Below are positions 25,103 through 32,000 of a DNA stretch of 32,000 nt, piece by piece. The first letter of the stretch is position 1; each line of letters begins with the position of its first letter. The DNA lies in assembly GCF_000025505.1 (NCBI RefSeq), contig NC_013849.1, positions 120,001-152,000 on the forward strand. The letters run 5' to 3'. The translations under genes and the position numbers were made by a program. The notes below the pieces were generated by a model. It was not told where the DNA came from. It ran no database searches and saw only the letters and a list, made by a program, of their open reading frames with translations. This stretch comes from Ferroglobus placidus DSM 10642. GTDB taxonomy: Archaea > Halobacteriota > Archaeoglobi > Archaeoglobales > Archaeoglobaceae.

Positions 25103-25303
25103 CTCTAAATCTTTCTATTAAACCGTTTTCTGCCAAAATTCGGTGTTAATTTCACCTTCTCATGGCTTTGGCGAGGCATATTGATTCACAAGTGTAAATA
25201 AAAATAAGGTGAGCGAACCAGTAGGTGTTCGGTGTAGCGAACTCTCAATCAGTAGCTTAGCAAAATTTATCTATGATCTTGAAGATTTTGAACAGGTGAT
25301 TTT

Positions 25304-25744
25304 ATGGCTTACTGGCTCTGCATAACCACCGAAGAGAACTGGAAGGTTATTAGAGAAAAGAACGTCTGGGGCGTTCCGGAGAGGCACAGAAACACCATAG
25401 CGAAAGTCAAGCCGGGGGACAAGCTTCTTATCTACCTCAAGCAGGAAAAGATCGGCGACGAGATTAAAGAGCCGAGGATTGTAGCGGTTTACGAAGTCGT
25501 CTCGGAGCCTTTCAGAGACTCGACGAAGATCTTCAAAACTCCTAAAGGTATGGGAAGCGAAACTTTTCCGCTGAGAATTAAGATAAAGCCGATCAAGATC
25601 TTCGATAAGCCGATAGAGTTCAAGCCGTTGATTCCTAAGCTGAAGTTCATAACGAACAAGAAAAAGTGGAGCGGTCACTTAATGGGTAAGGCTATGAGAG
25701 AGATTCCCGAAGACGATTTTAGGCTCATTACGGAGAAAGCTTGA
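25304..25744 (+). CDS. Stand-alone EVE / PUA-like (ASCH-related) domain protein
   Basis: The pattern is [24 protein letters not shown]...[13 protein letters not shown]...[12 protein letters not shown], typical of EVE-type PUA-like barrels. The protein is 146 aa. An AGGTGA Shine-Dalgarno sequence lies upstream. Confidence 0.65.
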   Translation: MAYWLCITTEENWKVIREKNVWGVPERHRNTIAKVKPGDKLLIYLKQEKIGDEIKEPRIVAVYEVVSEPFRDSTKIFKTPKGMGSETFPLRIKIKPIKIFDKPIEFKPLIPKLKFITNKKKWSGHLMGKAMREIPEDDFRLITEKA

Positions 25745-25784
25745 CAGGTCGAGAAGTTACTCAAACCAACACAATTAAGAGCGG

Positions 25785-26300
25785 TTAGCTGCAACTCCAC
25801 AAACCGACTTTAGACTTTTTAGCTAAGTTCTCATACGATAAGTATTCAGCCTTTTTTGAAAATTCGCCCTCGACGTAAACTCTCGCATATCCGAGTTTGA
25901 TGAGGATCGCTGCAAAATCCGCTTTCTCGTCCGGATAATAAACGTAAGCTAAAAGTCTTCCGTATTTATCTCTTAATCCAGCCTTCCTGTCGAATTCTAT
26001 AAGCACGGTTTTCCCTTCTAACTTTTTCCTAACGAATTCCTTAGCTTTAACACCCCAAAGGGAGAGGCACGTTAAATTGGTTATATTTTCGTACTCTCCA
26101 ATCCTGTTCCTCTCGGCTATTAGCTCTGGCGTATCTATCCCGAGTACTCTGACTTTCACGACCCTCCCCTTAACTTCGGCGTAAAAAGTGTCTCCGTCAA
26201 CCACTTTCAGAACTCTCGCTTCGTACTTAACTCCGTAATCGAATGATTCGGCGCATAAGGCTACTATCAAAACGAGAACGAGAATTGCCTGAATCCTCAT
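25785..26300 (-). CDS. Secreted staphylococcal-nuclease (SNase/thermonuclease) homolog
   Basis: The signal peptide is [17 protein letters not shown]. SNase motifs are VVDGDTFYAEV, VRVLGIDTPE and GRLLAYVY. The ATG at 26300 forms an ATGA overlap with the nadC stop. Confidence 0.8.
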   Translation of the reverse strand: MRIQAILVLVLIVALCAESFDYGVKYEARVLKVVDGDTFYAEVKGRVVKVRVLGIDTPELIAERNRIGEYENITNLTCLSLWGVKAKEFVRKKLEGKTVLIEFDRKAGLRDKYGRLLAYVYYPDEKADFAAILIKLGYARVYVEGEFSKKAEYLSYENLAKKSKVGLWSCS

Positions 26301-27130
26301 TTCAGAACCTTCCTAATCTCTAAGCTTACATCAAAGTTCTCTACTGAGTGGGTAAGCTCACCCATACTTATCACATCCACGTCAAGCTTTGCGTAATCGA
26401 TAATGTTGTCTTCGGTTACACCACCAGAAATCTCCAGTAAAACTCTTTCTCTGAGTGTCCTCTTCTTTAATTCGGCAATAGCTTTTTCAATTTCTCCAAC
26501 ATCCATGTTGTCGAACATTATGACGTCGGCTCCAAGCTCAGCAGCTTTTAAAGCTGATTCTGCATCGCTAACTTCCACGACCACTTTCTTGTACAAGCTT
26601 AGAGATTTCGCTCTTTTTATAGCTTCCTCAAGGGAAATCACTGCAAGGTGGTTATCTTTTATTAAAATACAATCGCTCAGAGAGTATCTGTGAATTTCTC
26701 CTCCTCCGACAAAAACAGCCTTTTTGTCAAGCAACCTCATTCCGGGACAGGTTTTTCTCGTGGCGGCTATTCTAACTTTAGAATTTACCTTTTTGACTTT
26801 TTCAGCAACTCTTCTCGTTTTCGTCGCTATTCCGCTCATTCTACCAATGACGTTCAAAGCTGTTCTTTCTACAAGCAAAACTTTTTTCACGTTCCCAAAA
26901 AGTTCCATTAAAACCTCTTCCTTCTCGACCTCTTGTCCATCCCTCTTCCTAAGCTTTACCTCAACTCCGAAATGTTCAAAGAGCTCCTTAGCTTCCTCCA
27001 ATCCAGCTACAACTCCGCTCTGCTTTGCTACGATAAAAGCTTCAACACTGACGTCGGGAAGAATTTCGCTCGTCAAATCCCCAAAGGGTGCATCCTCTTC
27101 AACGAACTCGAGCAATTTTTTCAGGATCAT
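26297..27130 (-). CDS. nadC: Nicotinate-nucleotide pyrophosphorylase (quinolinate phosphoribosyltransferase)
   Basis: Supporting segments are [41 protein letters not shown] and EISGGV. There is an ATGA overlap with nadA. Confidence 0.88.
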   Translation of the reverse strand: MILKKLLEFVEEDAPFGDLTSEILPDVSVEAFIVAKQSGVVAGLEEAKELFEHFGVEVKLRKRDGQEVEKEEVLMELFGNVKKVLLVERTALNVIGRMSGIATKTRRVAEKVKKVNSKVRIAATRKTCPGMRLLDKKAVFVGGGEIHRYSLSDCILIKDNHLAVISLEEAIKRAKSLSLYKKVVVEVSDAESALKAAELGADVIMFDNMDVGEIEKAIAELKKRTLRERVLLEISGGVTEDNIIDYAKLDVDVISMGELTHSVENFDVSLEIRKVLK

Positions 27131-28026
27131 ACGATCTCAAGCATTCTCTCTATGGCTTTTTTCGCTTTTACCGCAACCTCTTCCGGAACATTTACCTCGT
27201 GCTTTTCTTCAGCGAGGGAGCGATAGACATCCTTAAGTGTTATCTTTTTCATGTTTAAACACACTGCATCATCTCTTGCTGGATAGAACTCCTTTTCTGG
27301 ATAAACTTTTTTCAATCGATAGCACATCTCTTTTTCGGTGAAAACGATCCACGAATCGTGCTTGCAGGCATTTCTCACCATTCCACCTGTGGAAGCTACT
27401 AAATCAGCTAAACTCCAAACCTCCTTTCTACACTCTGGATGGGCAACGATTTTTGCATGCGGAAGCTTCCTCCTCCATTTTTCCACGTCTTCCCTTGTAA
27501 ATAGAACGTGAACGACACACTTTCCGAATCTCGGCACGGGTATTATCTTTTTTTCAGGAACTCTGCTTTGAACGTACTCAGCAAGATTTGCATCTGGACC
27601 AAATATGACGACATCTGACTCAACGCTTTCAACAACCTTTACAGCGTTTGCAGAAGTGCAGATTACATCTGCATGCGCTTTGCATTCTGCCGTCGTGTTT
27701 ATGTACAGAACAACCTTAGCCTCAGGATGCTTTCTCTTCTCTTCTTCAATCATCTCGGGTAAAAGCATGTGTGCCATTGGACATCGAGCATCCGGAACCG
27801 GATGAAGAACTTTCTTATCGGGATTTAAAATTTTAGCTGTTTCAGCCATGAAATCAACTCCACAAAAAACGATAATTTCAGCGTCGCTTTCCACAGCTTT
27901 CCTTGAAAGCTCCAACGAATCACCAACGAAATCTGCAACGTCTTGAACTTCCGGCAACTGGTAGTTGTGCGCAAGAATTATCGCGTTCTTCTCCTTTTTT
28001 AGCCTCTCTATCTTCTCTCTCACCAC
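27127..28026 (-). CDS. nadA: Quinolinate synthase
   Basis: Supporting segments are [41 protein letters not shown] and the conserved Cys pattern. The GTG start overlaps the nadX stop by 7 nt. Confidence 0.9.
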   Translation of the reverse strand: MVREKIERLKKEKNAIILAHNYQLPEVQDVADFVGDSLELSRKAVESDAEIIVFCGVDFMAETAKILNPDKKVLHPVPDARCPMAHMLLPEMIEEEKRKHPEAKVVLYINTTAECKAHADVICTSANAVKVVESVESDVVIFGPDANLAEYVQSRVPEKKIIPVPRFGKCVVHVLFTREDVEKWRRKLPHAKIVAHPECRKEVWSLADLVASTGGMVRNACKHDSWIVFTEKEMCYRLKKVYPEKEFYPARDDAVCLNMKKITLKDVYRSLAEEKHEVNVPEEVAVKAKKAIERMLEIV

Positions 28027-28757
28027 ACGACCACCTCTTCCTCCAAATTCCTCAAGAGAGATAGAACAGACAAAGCAGCAAGATGGCTACTCTTCACGTT
28101 TTTACTCGGAACGTTTTCCACTCTCACGTAAATTTCCCCAAATTCCCATTTTGCCAAAATTTCGTGGATGTTTCTCTCCAAGTTCTCAGCGAAAACCTCA
28201 ACCTCAACGTCCTTTCCGGTTGCAAGGGAAAGCGTCGCAGCCACATTCAAATTCCTCGGAAATTTTTTCACGGCATCTTTTACAAAACCTTTAAAAATTA
28301 ATCCCAAATTTCTTCCCAAAGCTTTCGGATTTTTTCTCGTTATGAGTTTTATTTTGCTTTCAAAAAATTTGAGAACGCTCAATCCATCTAAGCCGACTAT
28401 AGCTCCGCTTGGAATGTATATCTTCTTACCAACTTCCTTGGCTTTTCTCCTCAGCTTTTTCAGTAGATCCTCATCGATAAGTGCTGCTGTACTGAGAATT
28501 ACGAGGTTTTTTCTACCATCGAGAATTTTCTTTCCATATTCTCTAACGGCTTCAGCAGATGCAGCTTCAATTACAAAATCAAATTCCCCCTTTATAAAAT
28601 CCTCAAAACTTTTACACGGCTTTCCGCAAATTTTTGATAGCTCGACTGCCTTTGAAAACTCCTTATCGTACAAAGAAACTATTTCAACTCCGAATTTTTT
28701 GGAATTCTCGACGATTATTCTTCCAAGATTTCCGCAACCAAGCAAGCCCACTCTCAT
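28020..28757 (-). CDS. nadX: L-aspartate dehydrogenase
   Basis: The Rossmann N-terminus is [12 protein letters not shown]. Later segments are PSGAIVGLD and [13 protein letters not shown]. It is the first gene of the nadX-nadA-nadC operon. Confidence 0.8.
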   Translation of the reverse strand: MRVGLLGCGNLGRIIVENSKKFGVEIVSLYDKEFSKAVELSKICGKPCKSFEDFIKGEFDFVIEAASAEAVREYGKKILDGRKNLVILSTAALIDEDLLKKLRRKAKEVGKKIYIPSGAIVGLDGLSVLKFFESKIKLITRKNPKALGRNLGLIFKGFVKDAVKKFPRNLNVAATLSLATGKDVEVEVFAENLERNIHEILAKWEFGEIYVRVENVPSKNVKSSHLAALSVLSLLRNLEEEVVVW

Positions 28758-28773
28758 CCGAACATGTGTTCGG
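28758..28773. promoter_or_regulatory. 16-nt perfect palindrome CCGAACATGTGTTCGG, candidate operator of the NAD operon
   Basis: The palindrome directly abuts the nadX start codon (28757). It lies between that start and the TATA box at 28782-28789. Confidence 0.4.
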
Positions 28774-28781
28774 TAAACGGC

Positions 28782-28789
28782 ATTTAAAT
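28782..28789 (-). promoter_or_regulatory. TATA box (ATTTAAAT) for a leaderless nadX operon
   Basis: The element is centred about 28 nt upstream of the nadX ATG. Confidence 0.45.
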
Positions 28790-28801
28790 CTTATGGGCGG
28801 A

Positions 28802-28812
28802 AAAAATTTATT
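28802..28812 (+). promoter_or_regulatory. TATA-like box for apgM (leaderless geometry)
   Basis: The element aaaaatttatt is centred about 27 nt upstream of the ATG at 28834. Confidence 0.4.
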
Positions 28813-28833
28813 CCACACCGCTTTTTTCCTTCC

Positions 28834-30060
28834 ATGAAAAAGGTTCTGATGATAGTCATCGACGGCGTTTCTGACAGACCTATCAACGGAAAAACACCTC
28901 TATCTTCCGCTAACAAGGAAGTTCTCGATGAACTTGCCAAGAGAGGAATAAACGGGATTATGGACACGATAGCTCCGGGGATAAGACCAGGAAGCGACAC
29001 TTCTCATTTAGCTCTGCTCGGCTACGATCCATACAAGTATTACACGGGAAGAGGTCCGTTAGAGGCTGCCGGTGCTGGGATAGATGTTAAGCCGGGAGAT
29101 GTTGCTTTCAGAGTTAATTTCGGAACCGTAAAAGGAGAAGGAAGCGTTTTCGACAAAGTCGTTGTCGATAGGAGGGCTGGAAGAATAAGCGATACTGAAG
29201 AGCTCGTTAAGGCTATAAACGAAAATGTGAAGCTTGAGGTGGAATTCATTTTGAAGAGGGGAAGCGGACACAGAGGTGCTCTCGTTTTTAGAGGAGAGAA
29301 TTTGTCAGACAAAATAACAGACACAGACCCGAAGAAGATAGGAGAGAAAGTGAAAAGATGCGTCCCTCTTGACAAAGAGGCTGAATTCACAGCTAAAATA
29401 GTTAACGAGTTTATGGAGAAAGCTCACGAAATTCTCGAAAACCACCCCTTCAACATTGAAAGGGAGAGGAGAGGAGAGCTAAAAGCCAACGTCCTCCTTT
29501 TGAGGGGGGCGGGAAAGGTTCCCCACGTTCCGAGCTTTAAAGATCGTTACGGGATGAAGCTGGCAGTTGTTGCTGGAACAACGCTGATTAAAGGAGTTGG
29601 AAGAATTCTCGGAGGAGACGTTATAGAGCACGAGAGAATAACCGGTGGGAAAGACACAGACTTGAATTTAAAGGTTAAGCTCGCTCTGGAAGCTCTGAAT
29701 TCCCACGACTTCGTTCTTCTTCACATAAAAGCGACGGACGAATACGGACACGACGGCGATTTTGAAGGGAAGACGAAGTTCATAGAGAAGATCGACAGAG
29801 CTTTAAAGCCGGTGCTCGATCTCGATTTCAGTAACGTTTGCCTGATTTTGTGCGGAGATCACAGCACACCAGTAACTATCAAAGAGCACACCGCAGATCC
29901 TGTGCCTATAACGATAGTTTACGAAGGCGTTAGAGTTGACGACGTCGAGGAGTTCAACGAGCTTACAGCCTACAAGGGTGGGCTTTGCAGGATAAGGGGA
30001 ATGGACGTTATGAACATCGTGCTGGATTTGATAGATAAAGCTAAAAAGTTTGGAGCTTAA
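28834..30060 (+). CDS. apgM: Archaeal-type 2,3-bisphosphoglycerate-independent phosphoglycerate mutase
   Basis: Supporting segments are VLMIVIDGVSDRP, PGSDTSHLALLGYDP, HIKATDEYGHDGD and LCGDHSTP (alkaline-phosphatase-superfamily metal sites). The protein is 408 aa. Confidence 0.88.
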   Translation: MKKVLMIVIDGVSDRPINGKTPLSSANKEVLDELAKRGINGIMDTIAPGIRPGSDTSHLALLGYDPYKYYTGRGPLEAAGAGIDVKPGDVAFRVNFGTVKGEGSVFDKVVVDRRAGRISDTEELVKAINENVKLEVEFILKRGSGHRGALVFRGENLSDKITDTDPKKIGEKVKRCVPLDKEAEFTAKIVNEFMEKAHEILENHPFNIERERRGELKANVLLLRGAGKVPHVPSFKDRYGMKLAVVAGTTLIKGVGRILGGDVIEHERITGGKDTDLNLKVKLALEALNSHDFVLLHIKATDEYGHDGDFEGKTKFIEKIDRALKPVLDLDFSNVCLILCGDHSTPVTIKEHTADPVPITIVYEGVRVDDVEEFNELTAYKGGLCRIRGMDVMNIVLDLIDKAKKFGA

Positions 30061-30068
30061 GGCAGAGT

Positions 30069-30938
30069 ATGCTTGAAGTTTTCAGGGTCAACAGTGCGAA
30101 GTTCGATGAGGGAATGCTTTACCACAACGGAGACGTGATAATAGGAGCGAACTCGAAACTCGACTACGGAGTTTCTGGAAAAAAGGTCGTTGTCGGAGAG
30201 AGGTGTCACATAAAAGGAGATATAGTTTGCGAAGAGGTAAGACTCGATTCATGGGTTACCGTTGACGGAAGCGTGTTTTGCAAGGGAGACGCTTACATAG
30301 GGGAGTTTTCCTCGATAAACGGAAAGCTCGTCGTTTATGGAAACTTAGAAATAGGTAGAAACGTCAGGATAAAAGAGGGATTTGAGGCGAAGGGTTTGAT
30401 AACTATTCAAGACCCTCTTCCGATAATAATCTTCCTTTTCGTCTACATACTCGAACTCCTGAGGCTTGGAAAAATCGAAGAGGTTGAAAAGCTCTTCGAA
30501 GAGGACTTCGAAAATCCTCTGATAATTCCGGAAAACAGCAAGCTCTCTTTGGAGTTCATCGAGCTGGATGCTAATGCCGAGATAAATTCTTCGAGAGTCG
30601 TCGGAAACGTTAGAGGGAAAAACATCTTGCTGAAAGACTGCGAGGTGTTCGGTAGCGTTAGAGGAAGAGACGTTGCGGTGATGTCCTCGAAAATTCACGG
30701 AGCAGTGGAGGGAAGAAAGGTTTACATAGTAAAAGAGAGTGAAATTTACGGATTCGTAAGGGGAGAAGAAGTTTTCATGGAGGAAGGTTGCAGCGTTGAA
30801 GGAAGTATTGTTGGAAGGAAAGGTGTGTGGATTAAGGAGAATGTTGAGGTTCCGGAGTTGATCAAAATTGATGAGCTGGGACAGAGAGAAGTTCAGGAGA
30901 ATGTTTCCGAACCTGTATCGGGAGATAGAGTCGGCTAA
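30069..30938 (+). CDS. Double bactofilin-like beta-helix protein with a central hydrophobic helix
   Basis: There are two blocks of short G/V/I-periodic repeats (VIIGANSKLDYGVSGKKVVVGERCHIKGDIV... and VVGNVRGKNILLKDCEVFGSVRGRDVAV...). They are separated by PLPIIIFLFVYILELLRL. Confidence 0.6.
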   Translation: MLEVFRVNSAKFDEGMLYHNGDVIIGANSKLDYGVSGKKVVVGERCHIKGDIVCEEVRLDSWVTVDGSVFCKGDAYIGEFSSINGKLVVYGNLEIGRNVRIKEGFEAKGLITIQDPLPIIIFLFVYILELLRLGKIEEVEKLFEEDFENPLIIPENSKLSLEFIELDANAEINSSRVVGNVRGKNILLKDCEVFGSVRGRDVAVMSSKIHGAVEGRKVYIVKESEIYGFVRGEEVFMEEGCSVEGSIVGRKGVWIKENVEVPELIKIDELGQREVQENVSEPVSGDRVG

Positions 30939-31131
30939 AGTTCCCGACGTTCTCGATCACCTGGAGAGGTGCAAAACCGAAGAGGAGGCAATAGAGATTA
31001 TCGATTACTTCGAAAAGAGGGGGGAGATAACTAAAGAGTTCGCTAATTTTCTGAAGAGCAACAAAGCCCTCCTAAGATCGTTAATCGGAACGAGGGAAGC
31101 TGGAGAGTACGAAAGGTGGGGGCTTAGATGA
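30868..31131 (+). CDS. Small conserved archaeal protein (DUF2095-like as I recall the family)
   Basis: The 87-aa sequence is MMSWDREKFRRMFPNLYREIE...VLDHLERCKTEEEAIEIIDYFEKRGEIT. The stop forms an ATGA overlap with ychF. The 5' 71 nt overlap the previous gene in another frame. Confidence 0.55.
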   Translation: MMSWDREKFRRMFPNLYREIESAKVPDVLDHLERCKTEEEAIEIIDYFEKRGEITKEFANFLKSNKALLRSLIGTREAGEYERWGLR

Positions 31132-32000
31132 TAGAAATAGGCTTAGCTGGAAAGCCAAACGCTGGAAAATCGACTTTCTTCAAAGCCTCGACGATGGCTG
31201 ACGCTGAGATAGCAGACTACCCTTTCACAACGATAGAGCCGAACGTTGGTGTTGCTTACGTAAGAGTCGAATGCGTTTGCAAGGAGCTTGAAGTCTATCC
31301 GTGCGGTAACTGCGTTGAAGGGTGGAGGTTCATTCCGGTAAAAATTATAGACGTCGCAGGATTGGTTCCAGAAGCTCATAAAGGAAGAGGACTGGGAAAC
31401 GCTTTCCTCGACAACTTAAGGCAGGCTGATGCGATCATTCATGTAGTAGATGCGAGCGGATCGACCGATGAGGAGGGAAATGTAATTGAAGTCGGAGCGA
31501 GAGATCCAGTGGAGGACGTGAAATTCCTCGAAGAAGAGCTGGACATGTGGCTCTTCGGAATACTCAAAAGAAACTGGGATAAAATTATCAGAAGAATTCG
31601 CATGGAAAAGAGAGATCCGGCAAAATATTTGGCTGAAAATTTGGCTGGGCTGGGTTTCGATGAGATCACGATAAAAGAGGCGACGAGAAACGTGGACATA
31701 CTTAACGTTAGCGATGAAGACTTGTTATCCTTAGCTAAAAAACTCAGAAAACTCAGGTTTAAATCGGTGATAGCGGCGAACAAGGCTGACAAAGCTCCGG
31801 AGGAATTTATTAACAAGCTCGTGAAAATTGGAGCGATTCCGTGCTCGGCTTACTACGAATTGGCTTTGAGAATGGCAGCGAAGAACGGCTACATCAAATA
31901 TTTGCCCGGCGACGAGGATTTTGAAATTTTAAAAGAGCTCAACGAGAAACAGAGAAGTCTCCTCGAGAAAATCAGAAATTTCATGAAGAGATTTGGCGGA
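31128..32000 (+). CDS. ychF: YchF/OLA1-type Obg-family P-loop NTPase, N-terminal 291 aa; 3' end lies outside the window
   Basis: I translated this by hand because it is not in the ORF track (no stop within the window). G1 is GLAGKPNAGKST, G2 is FTTIEPNVG, G3 is DVAGLV and G4 is NKAD. A CxC...CxxC insertion (VECVCKELEVYPCGNC) lies between G2 and G3. Confidence 0.8.
   Translation, partial: MIEIGLAGKPNAGKSTFFKASTMADAEIADYPFTTIEPNVGVAYVRVECVCKELEVYPCGNCVEGWRFIPVKIIDVAGLVPEAHKGRGLGNAFLDNLRQADAIIHVVDASGSTDEEGNVIEVGARDPVEDVKFLEEELDMWLFGILKRNWDKIIRRIRMEKRDPAKYLAENLAGLGFDEITIKEATRNVDILNVSDEDLLSLAKKLRKLRFKSVIAANKADKAPEEFINKLVKIGAIPCSAYYELALRMAAKNGYIKYLPGDEDFEILKELNEKQRSLLEKIRNFMKRFGG

Noticed and set aside
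24903-25136. An N-terminal 78-aa extension of the lipoprotein ORF (track ORF 24543-25136)
   Set aside because: The extension is antisense to tRNA-Arg and its promoter. The internal Met at 24902 gives a clean signal peptide with a TATA box at leaderless distance.
25028-27081. Possible integrated element bounded by a repeat of the tRNA-Arg 3' end
   Set aside because: The only match I found to the tRNA 3' half is a 9-nt tcaaatccc inside nadC (27073-27081), which is chance level. No integrase or other mobile-element gene is present.
28168-28776. A 202-aa plus-strand ORF antisense to nadX
   Set aside because: It has an S/F/L/T-rich low-complexity translation and lies entirely within a strongly supported minus-strand gene. 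This is a typical shadow ORF. The same reasoning applies to 26724-27236, 27965-28294 and 26403-26693.
30868-30938. A frameshifted or pseudogenised fusion between the bactofilin-like ORF and the 87-aa ORF
   Set aside because: Both ORFs are complete, with plausible starts and stops. The 87-aa protein has a family-typical N-terminus starting at its own Met. There is no slippery heptamer or disrupted domain.
31143-31816. Minus-strand ORFs of 78 aa and 125 aa inside the last kilobase
   Set aside because: They are antisense to the YchF-type gene, which has clear G1-G4 motifs but is missing from the ORF track because it has no stop within the window.
1-32000. A scan for CRISPR arrays, IS elements/transposases, rRNA, toxin-antitoxin pairs and known defence genes
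   Set aside because: I saw no regularly spaced repeats, no terminal inverted repeats with a transposase ORF, no rRNA-like sequence and no recognisable nuclease/ATPase defence architecture.

Overview
This is a gene-dense archaeal chromosomal segment. Gene content (HdrA-MvhD fusion, MtrH-like methyltransferase, bifunctional IPCT/DIPPS for di-myo-inositol phosphate, aspartate dehydrogenase-type NAD pathway, archaeal ApgM, aSUI1, Nep1) and the E/K/I/V-rich proteins suggest a hyperthermophilic Archaeoglobus-like euryarchaeon. That taxonomic call is inference only. I support 39 protein-coding genes. Two are cut by the window edges, and one is a 57-aa 2x[4Fe-4S] ferredoxin that falls below the ORF-track size cutoff. 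I also support 2 tRNAs (Pro-GGG, Arg-UCU), several TATA boxes 25-28 nt upstream of start codons (leaderless geometry), one bidirectional oligo-T terminator and one 16-nt perfect palindrome that is a good operator candidate. Genes are packed into operons with many 4-nt ATGA/TTGA start-stop overlaps. I found no CRISPR array, rRNA, transposase, integrase or recognisable defence gene. The best candidates for undescribed biology are listed here. (1) A six-gene minus-strand redox/radical-SAM operon at 14.9-17.2 kb: glutaredoxin-like protein, atypical WCMPC thioredoxin, small radical SAM enzyme, wHTH regulator, hidden ferredoxin, and an unknown 194-aa protein. (2) An orphan HdrA-MvhD fusion plus 8-cluster polyferredoxin plus divergent ferredoxin, sitting between an MtrH-like methyltransferase/unknown 485-aa Cys4 protein and CoA-biosynthesis genes to which it is translationally chained. 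(3) A double bactofilin-like beta-helix protein with a central hydrophobic helix, overlapping a small DUF2095-like gene. (4) An S2P-protease/TraB pair. (5) A Zn-ribbon/nucleotidyltransferase pair. (6) A secreted SNase-type nuclease translationally coupled to the nadX-nadA-nadC operon, which carries a palindromic operator candidate. All functional calls rest on motif recognition by eye. No database search was run.
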